This document shows, piece by piece, positions 1 to 8,126 of a DNA stretch of 64,000 nt. Position 1 is the first letter of the stretch, and every line of letters starts with the position of its first letter. Origin of the DNA: Candidatus Tayloriibacteriota bacterium (GTDB lineage Bacteria; Patescibacteriota; Minisyncoccia; Phycocordibacterales; PALSA-1337); assembly GCA_037130865.1 (NCBI GenBank), contig JBAXSG010000001.1:41429-105428 (forward strand), read 5' to 3'. Position numbers and translations under genes: made by a program. The notes beneath the pieces were generated by a model. The model was not told the origin of the DNA and ran no database searches. It saw nothing but the letters and a program-made list of their open reading frames with translations.

Positions 1-2
1 GG

Positions 3-236
3 GATGTACCTGCAGACAGCGCCAAAAATGGCGCAACAATCGGAAAATATTTCGAGGTCGTAAACAAAATTGCGCAAGCACAAAAGAAAGCTTTCAACCA
101 AGAAATGATACTAAGCAAGATTGTCGGTGAGGAAGTCCCCCATGCACATATCTGGGTCTATCCGAACAAAGAGACCAAAGGAGATAAAGAAGATTTTGAA
201 GGAAATAAAAAGAAGATTGTCGCAGCATTAATCTAA
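3..236 (+). CDS. HIT family protein, C-terminal part (runs off window start)
   Basis: Manual translation ...IVGEEVPHAHIWVYP...AALI*, histidine-triad-like motif; TAA at 234-236. Confidence 0.75.
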   Translation, partial: DVPADSAKNGATIGKYFEVVNKIAQAQKKAFNQEMILSKIVGEEVPHAHIWVYPNKETKGDKEDFEGNKKKIVAALI

Positions 237-249
237 AGACCAAGAAAAT

Positions 250-1386
250 CTATAGATTCAATGCGTCTATACCTGGCAATGTTCCATTAGTAAGAAAATC
301 TAACATAGCGCCACCGGCGGTAGATATGAAAGTGAATTTATCTTCGAGCTTGAGAGTCGCTATAGCTGCCAATGTATCACCACCACCAACTATTGAAGTG
401 ATCTTTCCTGCGGCGCCAGCGACATCAAAACGAGCTGCAATCGCCTTTGCCACTTCTTGAGTCGCTTCACAATAACCACCTTCATATAAGCCGAGTGGTC
501 CATTCCAAAGAATGAAACTTGCCGCATCAATCTTCGCTTTCAAGAGCTCTAGTGTCTTCGGACCAGCATCCATAATTTTGTCAGTATTTATGAGACAGTC
601 CACAGGTCTAGTCTCGCGATTCTCAATAACCACATCTTCCGGAAGCATGAGCACTGGATTGGAAAAATATTTCGAAAGATCAAACTCACCAACAGAGACT
701 AGGGATTTTCCGACTTCGTAGCCTTTGCCTTTGAAAAAATCATGAGCCAGAGCACCTCCAACAAACACAGTATCAGCCAGACGAATAAATCTTTCTAGTA
801 GAGGAAGTTTCGTCTCAAACTTGGCACCACCGAGTATAAAGAGGAATGGATGCATGGCATGAAATGCCTGCGAGAGATGCTCGATCTCATTTTGGAGTTG
901 CAAACCGGCATAGCTCGGCAGAAGCTTCGGCACACCAACGATCGAGGCGTGCTCACGATGACAGACTGAGAAAGCATCATTTACAAAAAAATCTCCAAGT
1001 GAAGCCAATTCCTTAGCAAATTGCTGGTCATTGGTCTTCTCACCGTCGAATTGACGAAGGTTTTCCAAGAGAATGCACGAGCCGGCTGACATCTTCGCAA
1101 TCTCGTCAGTGGCATTGCGGATATTTTTCACAAAAGTTGTCGAAACTCCAAGATTCTCCAGCACACCAACAACCGGTTCCAAGGTCGCCTTTTCACCTTC
1201 CTTCACTTCGAGATGGCTTATCAAAACCACCTTCGCGCCTTTCGCACGCAAAAAGTTTATCGTTGGCAAGGCCATACGGATGCGATAATCGTTAACCACT
1301 TTGCCTTTGATGATCGGCACATTGAAATCCACACGCACAAGTGCGCGAACATCTTTCAAGTATTCGATATCGGAGAGAGTTTTCAT
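250..1386 (-). CDS. pgk: phosphoglycerate kinase
   Basis: VRVDFNVP, LLENLR, VNDAFSVCHREHAS, WNGPLG, GGGDT motifs; start moved to MKTLSD. Confidence 0.97.
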   Translation of the reverse strand: MKTLSDIEYLKDVRALVRVDFNVPIIKGKVVNDYRIRMALPTINFLRAKGAKVVLISHLEVKEGEKATLEPVVGVLENLGVSTTFVKNIRNATDEIAKMSAGSCILLENLRQFDGEKTNDQQFAKELASLGDFFVNDAFSVCHREHASIVGVPKLLPSYAGLQLQNEIEHLSQAFHAMHPFLFILGGAKFETKLPLLERFIRLADTVFVGGALAHDFFKGKGYEVGKSLVSVGEFDLSKYFSNPVLMLPEDVVIENRETRPVDCLINTDKIMDAGPKTLELLKAKIDAASFILWNGPLGLYEGGYCEATQEVAKAIAARFDVAGAAGKITSIVGGGDTLAAIATLKLEDKFTFISTAGGAMLDFLTNGTLPGIDALNL

Positions 1387-1438
1387 GAATGCACCATAAG
1401 ACTGGCTTGTTTCAAGTATAACATTAAAAACGAAAGAG

Positions 1439-1469
1439 CCGCGCACAGTTTTTTTGTTTCTGTGCGCGG
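1439..1469 (-). terminator. hairpin / intrinsic terminator downstream of the 1510-2082 gene
   Basis: Perfect 10-bp inverted repeat CCGCGCACAG/CTGTGCGCGG followed by a T-rich tract on the minus strand. Confidence 0.7.
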
Positions 1470-1509
1470 TCTTGAATGTCAGCGGCTCATTCCATGCCAG
1501 GTGAATAAA

Positions 1510-2082
1510 TCACCGCCGTGCTTTTACGGGTTTTACGGATTCTGCTAGATAAGCCTGAACCATTAAAGCAAAACCACGCTCAATGACGAACTTGTAGCCG
1601 GGGCGATCGTAGGACGCATCTACCCACCGACCACCATCGGCACAGCCAACACGGAGAAAGAACGGGTTGCCTCTGGAATCCTTGACTGAGTCACACATGA
1701 CAACAATCCAATCCAGACCCATCTCCTTAAAGTCCTCATCCGAGAGCGTCTCACGGATTTGGAACAATATTTCAATGTTCGTCTCCAGTGCTTTTCCATA
1801 CTTCAGTCCGCGCTTGTCACCTTCGGCTTGAATGTTCTTGAAGGTGCGGTTACCGTCTTCGAACAGCACCCCTTTCAGCACCGCGATTTCGCGGATGACA
1901 CCAGTCGTCGGCGGCATAACCAGCTTACTGAAAACTTTAGTGGCTGATTTGCTAAAGCGGAAACCCTGATCCATAAGACGCTCTTTCCACTCTGGATATG
2001 TTGTACCGTTAGTGGCAGGAAGTTGGATATAAATTACACCATCAACTTCACGCCAACGCTTTACATGCTCTTTTGCAGCCAT
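1510..2082 (-). CDS. hypothetical protein resembling CPR DGR target (C-type-lectin-like C-terminus); no cognate TR in window
   Basis: ORF 1510..2148; probable start MAAKEH at 2082 behind GGAGAAAGG; C-terminus DSRGNPFFLRV...DGGRWVDASYDRPG...GFAL recalls DGR variable regions; adjacent to the RT. Confidence 0.6.
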   Translation of the reverse strand: MAAKEHVKRWREVDGVIYIQLPATNGTTYPEWKERLMDQGFRFSKSATKVFSKLVMPPTTGVIREIAVLKGVLFEDGNRTFKNIQAEGDKRGLKYGKALETNIEILFQIRETLSDEDFKEMGLDWIVVMCDSVKDSRGNPFFLRVGCADGGRWVDASYDRPGYKFVIERGFALMVQAYLAESVKPVKARR

Positions 2083-2190
2083 GATGATGGCCTTTCTCCG
2101 ACCAGTGGTCGGGATTGTCCTTATACATACGTGATAAGGATTGTTCAATGTTCTTTACTGTCAATGGTATAGACCTTTTATGACTATCTG

Positions 2191-3273
2191 TCAATGACAT
2201 GAATTCGTCCACAACATTTGAGACTTTCCTGGTAATTGATTATATAACCTTATTTGTTGGCCTAGTTTATAACTATTTCCATGCGAAAGCATACCTAGAT
2301 AAGAGTTAAGCGTGGCCTCATATTTTTCGCTCTTTTCACTATCACCTTCACTATCTATAACTGCCTTTTTAGCCAACAAGTTTCTAAACATCCTCTTCTT
2401 GGTGGTTGTGCGTAAGACGCGATATTTAGGAAAATGAACCCAGCCAAGAAAATCTATACCGGAAGAAACAGTCTCTATCGATACTTTATCGGGATGAAGA
2501 TCCAGTCGCAATTCGCTCTGCAAAAAATCGCGAACTTTCGGGAGAAGACCGGCCAAAACACCTCGGTCATCATGCATAACCAAAAAATCATCGGCGTAGC
2601 GGATGTAATATCTCTGTTTCAGTTCATGTTTAATAAATTGATCCAATTCGTTTAAGTAAATATTTACCAGAAGTTGCGATGTAAGATTCCCAAGTGGCAG
2701 ACCTTTACCAAAACCGCCGGCACCACCAACAGCACCAACGACCTTACCACTAGAAAAACTGGAGATTATTTTCCAAAGCAACCCGAGAGTCGCATCATCC
2801 ACGGTATGCCTTCGTAAAACCCTCATCAAAACTTCATGATCAATAGAAGCGAAGCACTTGCGCACATCACATTTCAAGACCCAACAAGTTCGCCTGTGAT
2901 TTTTCGAAACTTTGCGTGCAAATTGTCTGAAACGATTTAGTGCTTTGTGAGTTCCTTTGAAATCTCTGCATGAATAAGAGTCAAAGATGAATCTCTTATC
3001 AAAAATCGGATACAAAATTCTGTATATAGAGTGATGCAATAATCTGTCACGAACAGTGGCTTTATGTATTATCCTAGTCTTAGGATCATTTATGATAAAA
3101 CTTTCATATAATCCGTGCGCATAGTTGCCATATAACAAATCTCTATATAAATCCGATATATTGCTAGACAGCTTTATTGTAAATTCAGCCACATCGTCTT
3201 TGCGGTTTTTGTCCACCACAAATTCCCGCCAGGCCTTGCATAAATTTTGAAAAGATATAATATCCTCGTACAT
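2191..3273 (-). CDS. DGR reverse transcriptase
   Basis: YIRYADD catalytic motif, GLPLGNLTSQ (DGR-type SQ motif), RDRLLHH, IDFLGW; 360 aa with no maturase or endonuclease extension. Confidence 0.95.
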   Translation of the reverse strand: MYEDIISFQNLCKAWREFVVDKNRKDDVAEFTIKLSSNISDLYRDLLYGNYAHGLYESFIINDPKTRIIHKATVRDRLLHHSIYRILYPIFDKRFIFDSYSCRDFKGTHKALNRFRQFARKVSKNHRRTCWVLKCDVRKCFASIDHEVLMRVLRRHTVDDATLGLLWKIISSFSSGKVVGAVGGAGGFGKGLPLGNLTSQLLVNIYLNELDQFIKHELKQRYYIRYADDFLVMHDDRGVLAGLLPKVRDFLQSELRLDLHPDKVSIETVSSGIDFLGWVHFPKYRVLRTTTKKRMFRNLLAKKAVIDSEGDSEKSEKYEATLNSYLGMLSHGNSYKLGQQIRLYNQLPGKSQMLWTNSCH

Positions 3274-3310
3274 ATGAATTTAACTCAAAATCAAAATCTT
3301 TCTCATAGTA

Positions 3311-3318
3311 CCCCCCCC
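3311..3318 (+). repeat. C8 homopolymer in the avd 5' region
   Basis: tagtaCCCCCCCCgc; one extra C would fuse ATG 3274 to the avd ORF. Confidence 0.85.
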
Positions 3319-3332
3319 GCAAAACGCCACAA

Positions 3333-3698
3333 GTGCTTTTGAAAGAGAAAGTGGTATACCGATCGTGGATATCGCTTCATAGGAATTTTCCGCGAATAGA
3401 AAGATTGGGTATTGGCCAAAAGATAGAGGCCTCTTTTCTGGATATTCTCGAATATACTTTCGTAGCAATGTATCTGGCATCTGACCAGAAAATTCTGATG
3501 CTCAGTAAAACCATAGCCAAACTAGATAAATTGAAATTTTTCATGCAAATAGCGTGGGAAAATAAACTCATACCAGAAGAAAAATATGCCCAGATATCGC
3601 TGGATCTTGAAGAGATTGGCCGCCAACTCGGCGGTTGGAGAAAGGGGTTGCAAACATCCGACCCAACGAAAACTCCCACCACAGGACAAGCCGCGTAG
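3333..3698 (+). CDS. avd: Avd-like four-helix-bundle DGR accessory protein (true start may be ATG 3274, currently out of frame)
   Basis: FPRIERLGIGQKIE...LDKLKFFMQIAWE...LEEIGRQLGGWRK pattern of the bAvd/four-helix-bundle family; lies between RT and TR. Confidence 0.85.
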   Translation: MLLKEKVVYRSWISLHRNFPRIERLGIGQKIEASFLDILEYTFVAMYLASDQKILMLSKTIAKLDKLKFFMQIAWENKLIPEEKYAQISLDLEEIGRQLGGWRKGLQTSDPTKTPTTGQAA

Positions 3699-3712
3699 TA
3701 GGAGAAATGGTA

Positions 3713-3830
3713 AGTTTCGGAACCACGATGCGATTCCTGTTCTCGGCGTTCCACACATTGTCGTTCAAGAAGCGGTTCACGTTCACCTTGGGAGCTCCAT
3801 CGGAGTCCAGATTCACGTTCGCGACGAAGA
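3713..3830 (-). repeat. DGR template repeat (TR)
   Basis: 118-bp gap-free copy of 4163-4280; sense strand has 9 AAY codons (reads FVANVNLDSDGAPKVNVNRFLNDNVWNAENRNRIVVPK). Confidence 0.96.
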
Positions 3831-4053
3831 AAATATGCAATAAACCATCCGTTACACCATCGGCCAAATCATGACCGATTGAATTTCATTTGGGACATAG
3901 AAGTCCGCCAGTTCATTGCACCAACTGACTATTTTTTGTTAATAGGAATACATCCACTCTCCTGCAAGACGTATCCGGCAGAATTCTCGAATGTATTTCT
4001 TCACAAGCGTGGCGCGGAAGCCTTGGCCGCCGCACATTCAGACTTGTGATGCT

Positions 4054-4062
4054 ACTATAACA
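4054..4062 (-). promoter_or_regulatory. extended -10 promoter for the putative TR RNA
   Basis: Minus strand TGTTATAGT (TGn-TATAGT) about 225 bp upstream of TR. Confidence 0.45.
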
Positions 4063-4074
4063 AAATCACCCCAA

Positions 4075-4114
4075 CCTGTGGAGTGCCATCTTTTTCAGAC
4101 GGCACACCACAAGG
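4075..4114 (-). promoter_or_regulatory. hairpin downstream of VR (DGR target-recognition hairpin and/or terminator)
   Basis: Imperfect inverted repeat CCTGTGGAGTGCCATCT / AGACGGCACACCACAAGG about 33 bp past the target stop codon. Confidence 0.6.
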
Positions 4115-4146
4115 GTCAGAGTGATTGATAGTCAGAGCGTCAAGCG

Positions 4147-4836
4147 CTAAGACTCGAGGGTCAGTTGCGGAACCACGATGCGACTCCTGCCCTCGGCGTA
4201 CCACACAATGCCGCACAAGAAGCGGTACACGTGCACCTTGGGAGCCCCATCGGAGTCCAGATCCACGCGCGCGACGAAGAGTTCACCATTGGCTTCGAAT
4301 AGGAAGAGCGTCCAGAAGTCTGTGCTGAGCCACTTGTGGTGGTTCTTCACAAACTGGATGATCTGAGGCTGTGGGAGGCACAGCTTTTTCGAATCCTCCG
4401 ACAAACTATCGAAGATTTTTTGATAGTTGCCGTTCTTGATGAGTTCATGAACAGCAACGTTCGTTTCCTTCGTCGGTTCGCTCTTCACATCGCAACCCCA
4501 GTTCTTGAAGTCGCAGTCGATGCCCCAGGTGAAAACTTTCTCTGCCCGAGCAATAGTCTCCTTGCCATCGGTTGGTTTGAGCGTGATGGTTTCCGCGCCC
4601 GAGATGAGCTTAAGGCAACCGCTCACGTTCTCGGTGATTTCTGCAAGCTTCTTCTTCACCGCTTCCATGACCACGGTTTTGAGTTCATTGCCGCGCTCCA
4701 CGAGTTTCTGAATGTTGTCACCGTTGATGACATCATTCTTTTCGAGGTCTTGGATCGCCTCCTCGGTGGCTTTACGAGCTGCCGATGTTGCGACTGTTAC
4801 GACTTGTTCTTTCTGACCAGATGTAATCGGTTTCAT
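4147..4836 (-). CDS. DGR target protein with C-terminal variable region
   Basis: 229 aa; C-terminal FVARVDLDSDGAPKVHVYRFLCGIVWYAEGRSRIVVPQ is encoded by VR; no evident signal peptide. Confidence 0.92.
   Translation of the reverse strand: MKPITSGQKEQVVTVATSAARKATEEAIQDLEKNDVINGDNIQKLVERGNELKTVVMEAVKKKLAEITENVSGCLKLISGAETITLKPTDGKETIARAEKVFTWGIDCDFKNWGCDVKSEPTKETNVAVHELIKNGNYQKIFDSLSEDSKKLCLPQPQIIQFVKNHHKWLSTDFWTLFLFEANGELFVARVDLDSDGAPKVHVYRFLCGIVWYAEGRSRIVVPQLTLES
4163..4280 (-). repeat. DGR variable repeat (VR)
   Basis: Aligns to TR at offset 450 with 15 mismatches, all at TR adenines on the sense strand. Confidence 0.96.
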
Positions 4837-5031
4837 GCCGTTATCATCCTTTCTTTATACGGCTTTCGGCCGGCCGTTGACTAACCTTCATTGGTTTCGC
4901 CACAGCAGACAGTTGCCATCGACATTAACCAAAATAGTTAACATCCTAGCCACTTTCTGCCATGGCGAAAATCGCATTTTATGTTCATTTCCGCAATATT
5001 CAAGGTGCTTTTACTACCCAATAGTATACAC

Positions 5032-5802
5032 CTAAATAGAGACTCTGTCAACCTCTTTTATAAGCTCCACAAATCCAGGAATATTTACACTTTCGCGGCC
5101 GACAAGAAGACCATCGACTTTTCCGATAGTGATAATGTCCGGCGCATTGCGGTATGTCACAGAACCACCATAGAGCACTGTAACTTTGAGACCCATATCG
5201 GCACCATAGAGATCAGCGAAAACTTTTTTAATGAAAAGCGAAGTCTCGTAAACATCTTCTGGCTTCATAGCTTCCGCGGCGCCGATAGCCCAGATTGGCT
5301 CATAAGCAACTATTATTGACTTGGCTGACTTCTTCAATATATCTCCACAACTGGCCTTGATCTGATCTTTCAGAAAACCTAGATACGCGCCGCTTTCATC
5401 GCGAACGGATTCTCCTATGCAAAGTATCGGCGTCAAACCTTGACCAAGTACCGCTTTCAAACGTGCCGCGACTGTTTCGTTGGTGTCGCCGCGCTTGCGC
5501 TGCTCCGAATGTCCAACGATGACATATTCAACTCCAATATCACGCAACATGTGCGCTCCAACTTCACCTGTATGTGGCCCACCTTCTTCTTGAGTAGAGA
5601 CCGTCTGCGCACCCATGTGAAAATGAGCAATCTTCTTGCGAGATGCGCAAGCTGTAATAAATGGCAATGGCGGACAGATCACGACTTCTGTATTGGCTAA
5701 GGCGGGTGCTGCGCGCTTGAATTTGTGCGAAAGTTTCTTGGCCTCAGCGAGCGTGGCTGGGTTCATTTTCCAGTTTCCGACTACTAGTTTTTTGTTAGTC
5801 AT
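5032..5802 (-). CDS. tpiA: triosephosphate isomerase
   Basis: VGNWKMN, IVGHSE, AYEPIWAIG, LYGGSV. Confidence 0.97.
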   Translation of the reverse strand: MTNKKLVVGNWKMNPATLAEAKKLSHKFKRAAPALANTEVVICPPLPFITACASRKKIAHFHMGAQTVSTQEEGGPHTGEVGAHMLRDIGVEYVIVGHSEQRKRGDTNETVAARLKAVLGQGLTPILCIGESVRDESGAYLGFLKDQIKASCGDILKKSAKSIIVAYEPIWAIGAAEAMKPEDVYETSLFIKKVFADLYGADMGLKVTVLYGGSVTYRNAPDIITIGKVDGLLVGRESVNIPGFVELIKEVDRVSI

Positions 5803-5854
5803 TGGATAATTGTAACACAACAAAAATGTCCCGCCATTACGGCCATTGCTGCTA

Positions 5855-7207
5855 TTATCTCACCTCCTTCCATGAAATCATCTTATATTGATTGCCCTGA
5901 CTTCCTCCTTGTTTGATTATTGGGAAATATGGAGGTGGATTGCCAGCCAGATTCACATCATAAGCGATATTACGAGCTGTATAAGCTGTACCGTCTGTAT
6001 AAGTAAATCCAAATTTCTTATTTGTGGCTATAGAACCATTTAGCGTAAGTGTCGAACGATGAGAATAATCTATACCATCTACTCTACAAGCAGATGGATA
6101 GAAAAATCTACCGACGCGACCATTTTCTGCTATAAGAGCTCCATCTATATGCAAAGAATCAGCGCTGACTAAACCGATATTTATATTCTCCTTGGCAATA
6201 AGTCCAAGAGCTTCGGTGTTATCGTATTTTATGTACGACAAATCTGAATTGACTGTTATATTATTTGCAGCAATCGTAAGTCTTGAGCCGTCTATAGTGC
6301 CGTCGACCCAAACATCATCATTGAAAAATAGAAGACCTTGAACTGGTAAAGTATATGTGCCGAGAAAACTCTGTGAGTGAATACTCCAAGTACCCCAACC
6401 GGCTGTAGCACTGGAACATCCAGCAGGTGCTGCGACCAACTCTGTCACTGTATATAAGGTAAATGTATCATCTTGATTTAAGGCGATATGATATCCGTAT
6501 GCAGGACTTTCATCGTATTGGGATCTTGCATAATAAGTACCACTACTACTTGCGACCGTCTGAAGTCCTTGAAAATCAGCACCAAGCCCAGAAAAATCCA
6601 CCACTGTGACCGGCGCTTGCTTACCAGCATAGAAAACACCTGATCCATCTACTGCAGTGGCGCTCGAGATAATATTATTTGCGATTCCATTGAAGTGGAT
6701 GACTCCATTTGCCATGACTGGTCCAGAGGTTTCAGTATCGAATGAAAATATAAGACCATCATTTGAGACTATGGCGTATTTTGTAAATGTTGGAAGACCG
6801 AACACAGCTTCGATAGTGCGAGAGATCTTCGAACTATTCAAATCCACACTCCCTTTCGAACTAACAGATATCTTGGTCGAACCAACGGTTGTCGGAGCTA
6901 CTTCTAGTACATAATTTCCGAGAATATTACCGTCTTTATCGAAAAAATCTTGCTTATATGTGTGTGTTTGATTATCACTGGTAATATTGGCGATATTTCC
7001 TCTAAACGAACTGAGACCAGCCTCTGCAATCTCAAAAGCTTGCTCGCTCTTGACCGCCATCCTTGCATTTACGATCAAGGTCGCGCCCCAATTTACCAAA
7101 CCAATAACCATAGTCACCGCTACAGCAGCAAAAACCAAAACACTTACGAGTATATCTCCTCGAATTGTCATCATGTATGCAGTTTTTTGCGATGATATTA
7201 TCTTCAT
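5855..7207 (-). CDS. PilX-like minor pilus protein
   Basis: N-terminal hydrophobic helix after RG, then EQAFEIAEAG; in the pilin cluster; start uncertain. Confidence 0.65.
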   Translation of the reverse strand: MKIISSQKTAYMMTIRGDILVSVLVFAAVAVTMVIGLVNWGATLIVNARMAVKSEQAFEIAEAGLSSFRGNIANITSDNQTHTYKQDFFDKDGNILGNYVLEVAPTTVGSTKISVSSKGSVDLNSSKISRTIEAVFGLPTFTKYAIVSNDGLIFSFDTETSGPVMANGVIHFNGIANNIISSATAVDGSGVFYAGKQAPVTVVDFSGLGADFQGLQTVASSSGTYYARSQYDESPAYGYHIALNQDDTFTLYTVTELVAAPAGCSSATAGWGTWSIHSQSFLGTYTLPVQGLLFFNDDVWVDGTIDGSRLTIAANNITVNSDLSYIKYDNTEALGLIAKENINIGLVSADSLHIDGALIAENGRVGRFFYPSACRVDGIDYSHRSTLTLNGSIATNKKFGFTYTDGTAYTARNIAYDVNLAGNPPPYFPIIKQGGSQGNQYKMISWKEVR

Positions 7208-7217
7208 ATATTTATAT

Positions 7218-7667
7218 TCATAAATTGCGTAGCTGTACAAAAGCAGAGTAAGAAGCAATCGTTATCCGTACAAAACGCACAGCCGATATGTCTGTAGTGG
7301 TGGCGTCGTTACCATCGAAGTATAAGAATGAAGCCACGGAATCATAAACTATAGGTTCTGGTATACCATCGGCATTTGTATCTGAGAAAAATCTGATCGT
7401 ACTAGACCCAATAGCCGTAAGTGGGTATGCCCCACTTGGTGGTGCTGACATCTGACGCATTTCTCTTGAAATCTTTTTCAAAACTATTTGTGAACTCTGT
7501 GATACATCAAATGATCCTGATATAGATTTCTGATATGAAAATATATTAACTTCAAAAGTTGTGATCGCTACCATAATTACAAGGAATATTGAAAGTGCGA
7601 CTAGGGTTTCAACTAGAGTCATACCTCTCGTATTTTGACTATTTTGATTTTTGGGATGAAATAACAT
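7218..7667 (-). CDS. type IV prepilin (minor pilin)
   Basis: RGMTLVETLV prepilin cleavage/methylation motif. Confidence 0.85.
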   Translation of the reverse strand: MLFHPKNQNSQNTRGMTLVETLVALSIFLVIMVAITTFEVNIFSYQKSISGSFDVSQSSQIVLKKISREMRQMSAPPSGAYPLTAIGSSTIRFFSDTNADGIPEPIVYDSVASFLYFDGNDATTTDISAVRFVRITIASYSAFVQLRNL

Positions 7668-7672
7668 AATAT

Positions 7673-8122
7673 CTATATTGATGTCGGTGTCACCTCTCCA
7701 GTCAAAACAATCGGTGTGAAATTCTTACAAGACGCGCATGAAACACTTACTTCCACGAGTTTACTGACGATAGTACCTCCTGTAGAAAATGGCGATTGCG
7801 CATTTTCATCGCGAATATACAAAGCTACAGTAAATGGTACGCCTCCTCGAACTACCTCTTGTCTCGCAGACAAAATCCCATGTGGAATCCCATCGACTAA
7901 ACCAACATCTATATATGACATACCGCGCACTATCTCTAACTGCTCACTTGCCAGAGCCAAGGCCAACAATTTTGTTTGATTCGCTCGCGCTACTTGAAAT
8001 AAGCTGGTATAGGCACTATATGCGGCTATCGCCACCACTAGAAAAAGTGCTGAACCAACAACCACTTCTATGAGAGAGAAGCCTCTTCGTGAAATCTCCT
8101 GTTGTGAGTTTTTGTGTGACAT
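7673..8122 (-). CDS. type IV prepilin (minor pilin)
   Basis: RGFSLIEVVV motif. Confidence 0.85.
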   Translation of the reverse strand: MSHKNSQQEISRRGFSLIEVVVGSALFLVVAIAAYSAYTSLFQVARANQTKLLALALASEQLEIVRGMSYIDVGLVDGIPHGILSARQEVVRGGVPFTVALYIRDENAQSPFSTGGTIVSKLVEVSVSCASCKNFTPIVLTGEVTPTSI

Positions 8123-8126
8123 TGAA

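Larger units (their letters stand above)
2191..4836. mobile_element. diversity-generating retroelement (target/VR - TR - avd - RT)
   Basis: RT, avd-like gene and a TR/VR pair with adenine-only mismatches. Confidence 0.95.

Noticed and set aside
1560-1700. Second VR served by the local TR
   Set aside because: Only a 7-bp match (AACCACG) was found; no extended alignment.
2191-3273. RT as a group II intron or retron RT
   Set aside because: The SQ motif, short length, adjacent avd and adenine-specific TR/VR pair all indicate a DGR.
3274-3306. In-frame upstream MRKILILS* as evidence the RT is a pseudogene
   Set aside because: An ATG at 3273 follows the stop and all RT motifs lie downstream, so truncation is not supported.
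3568-3867. 99-aa minus ORF that resembles the target C-terminus
   Set aside because: It is the TR read in frame (Asn-rich) and overlaps avd; most likely template RNA, not a protein gene.
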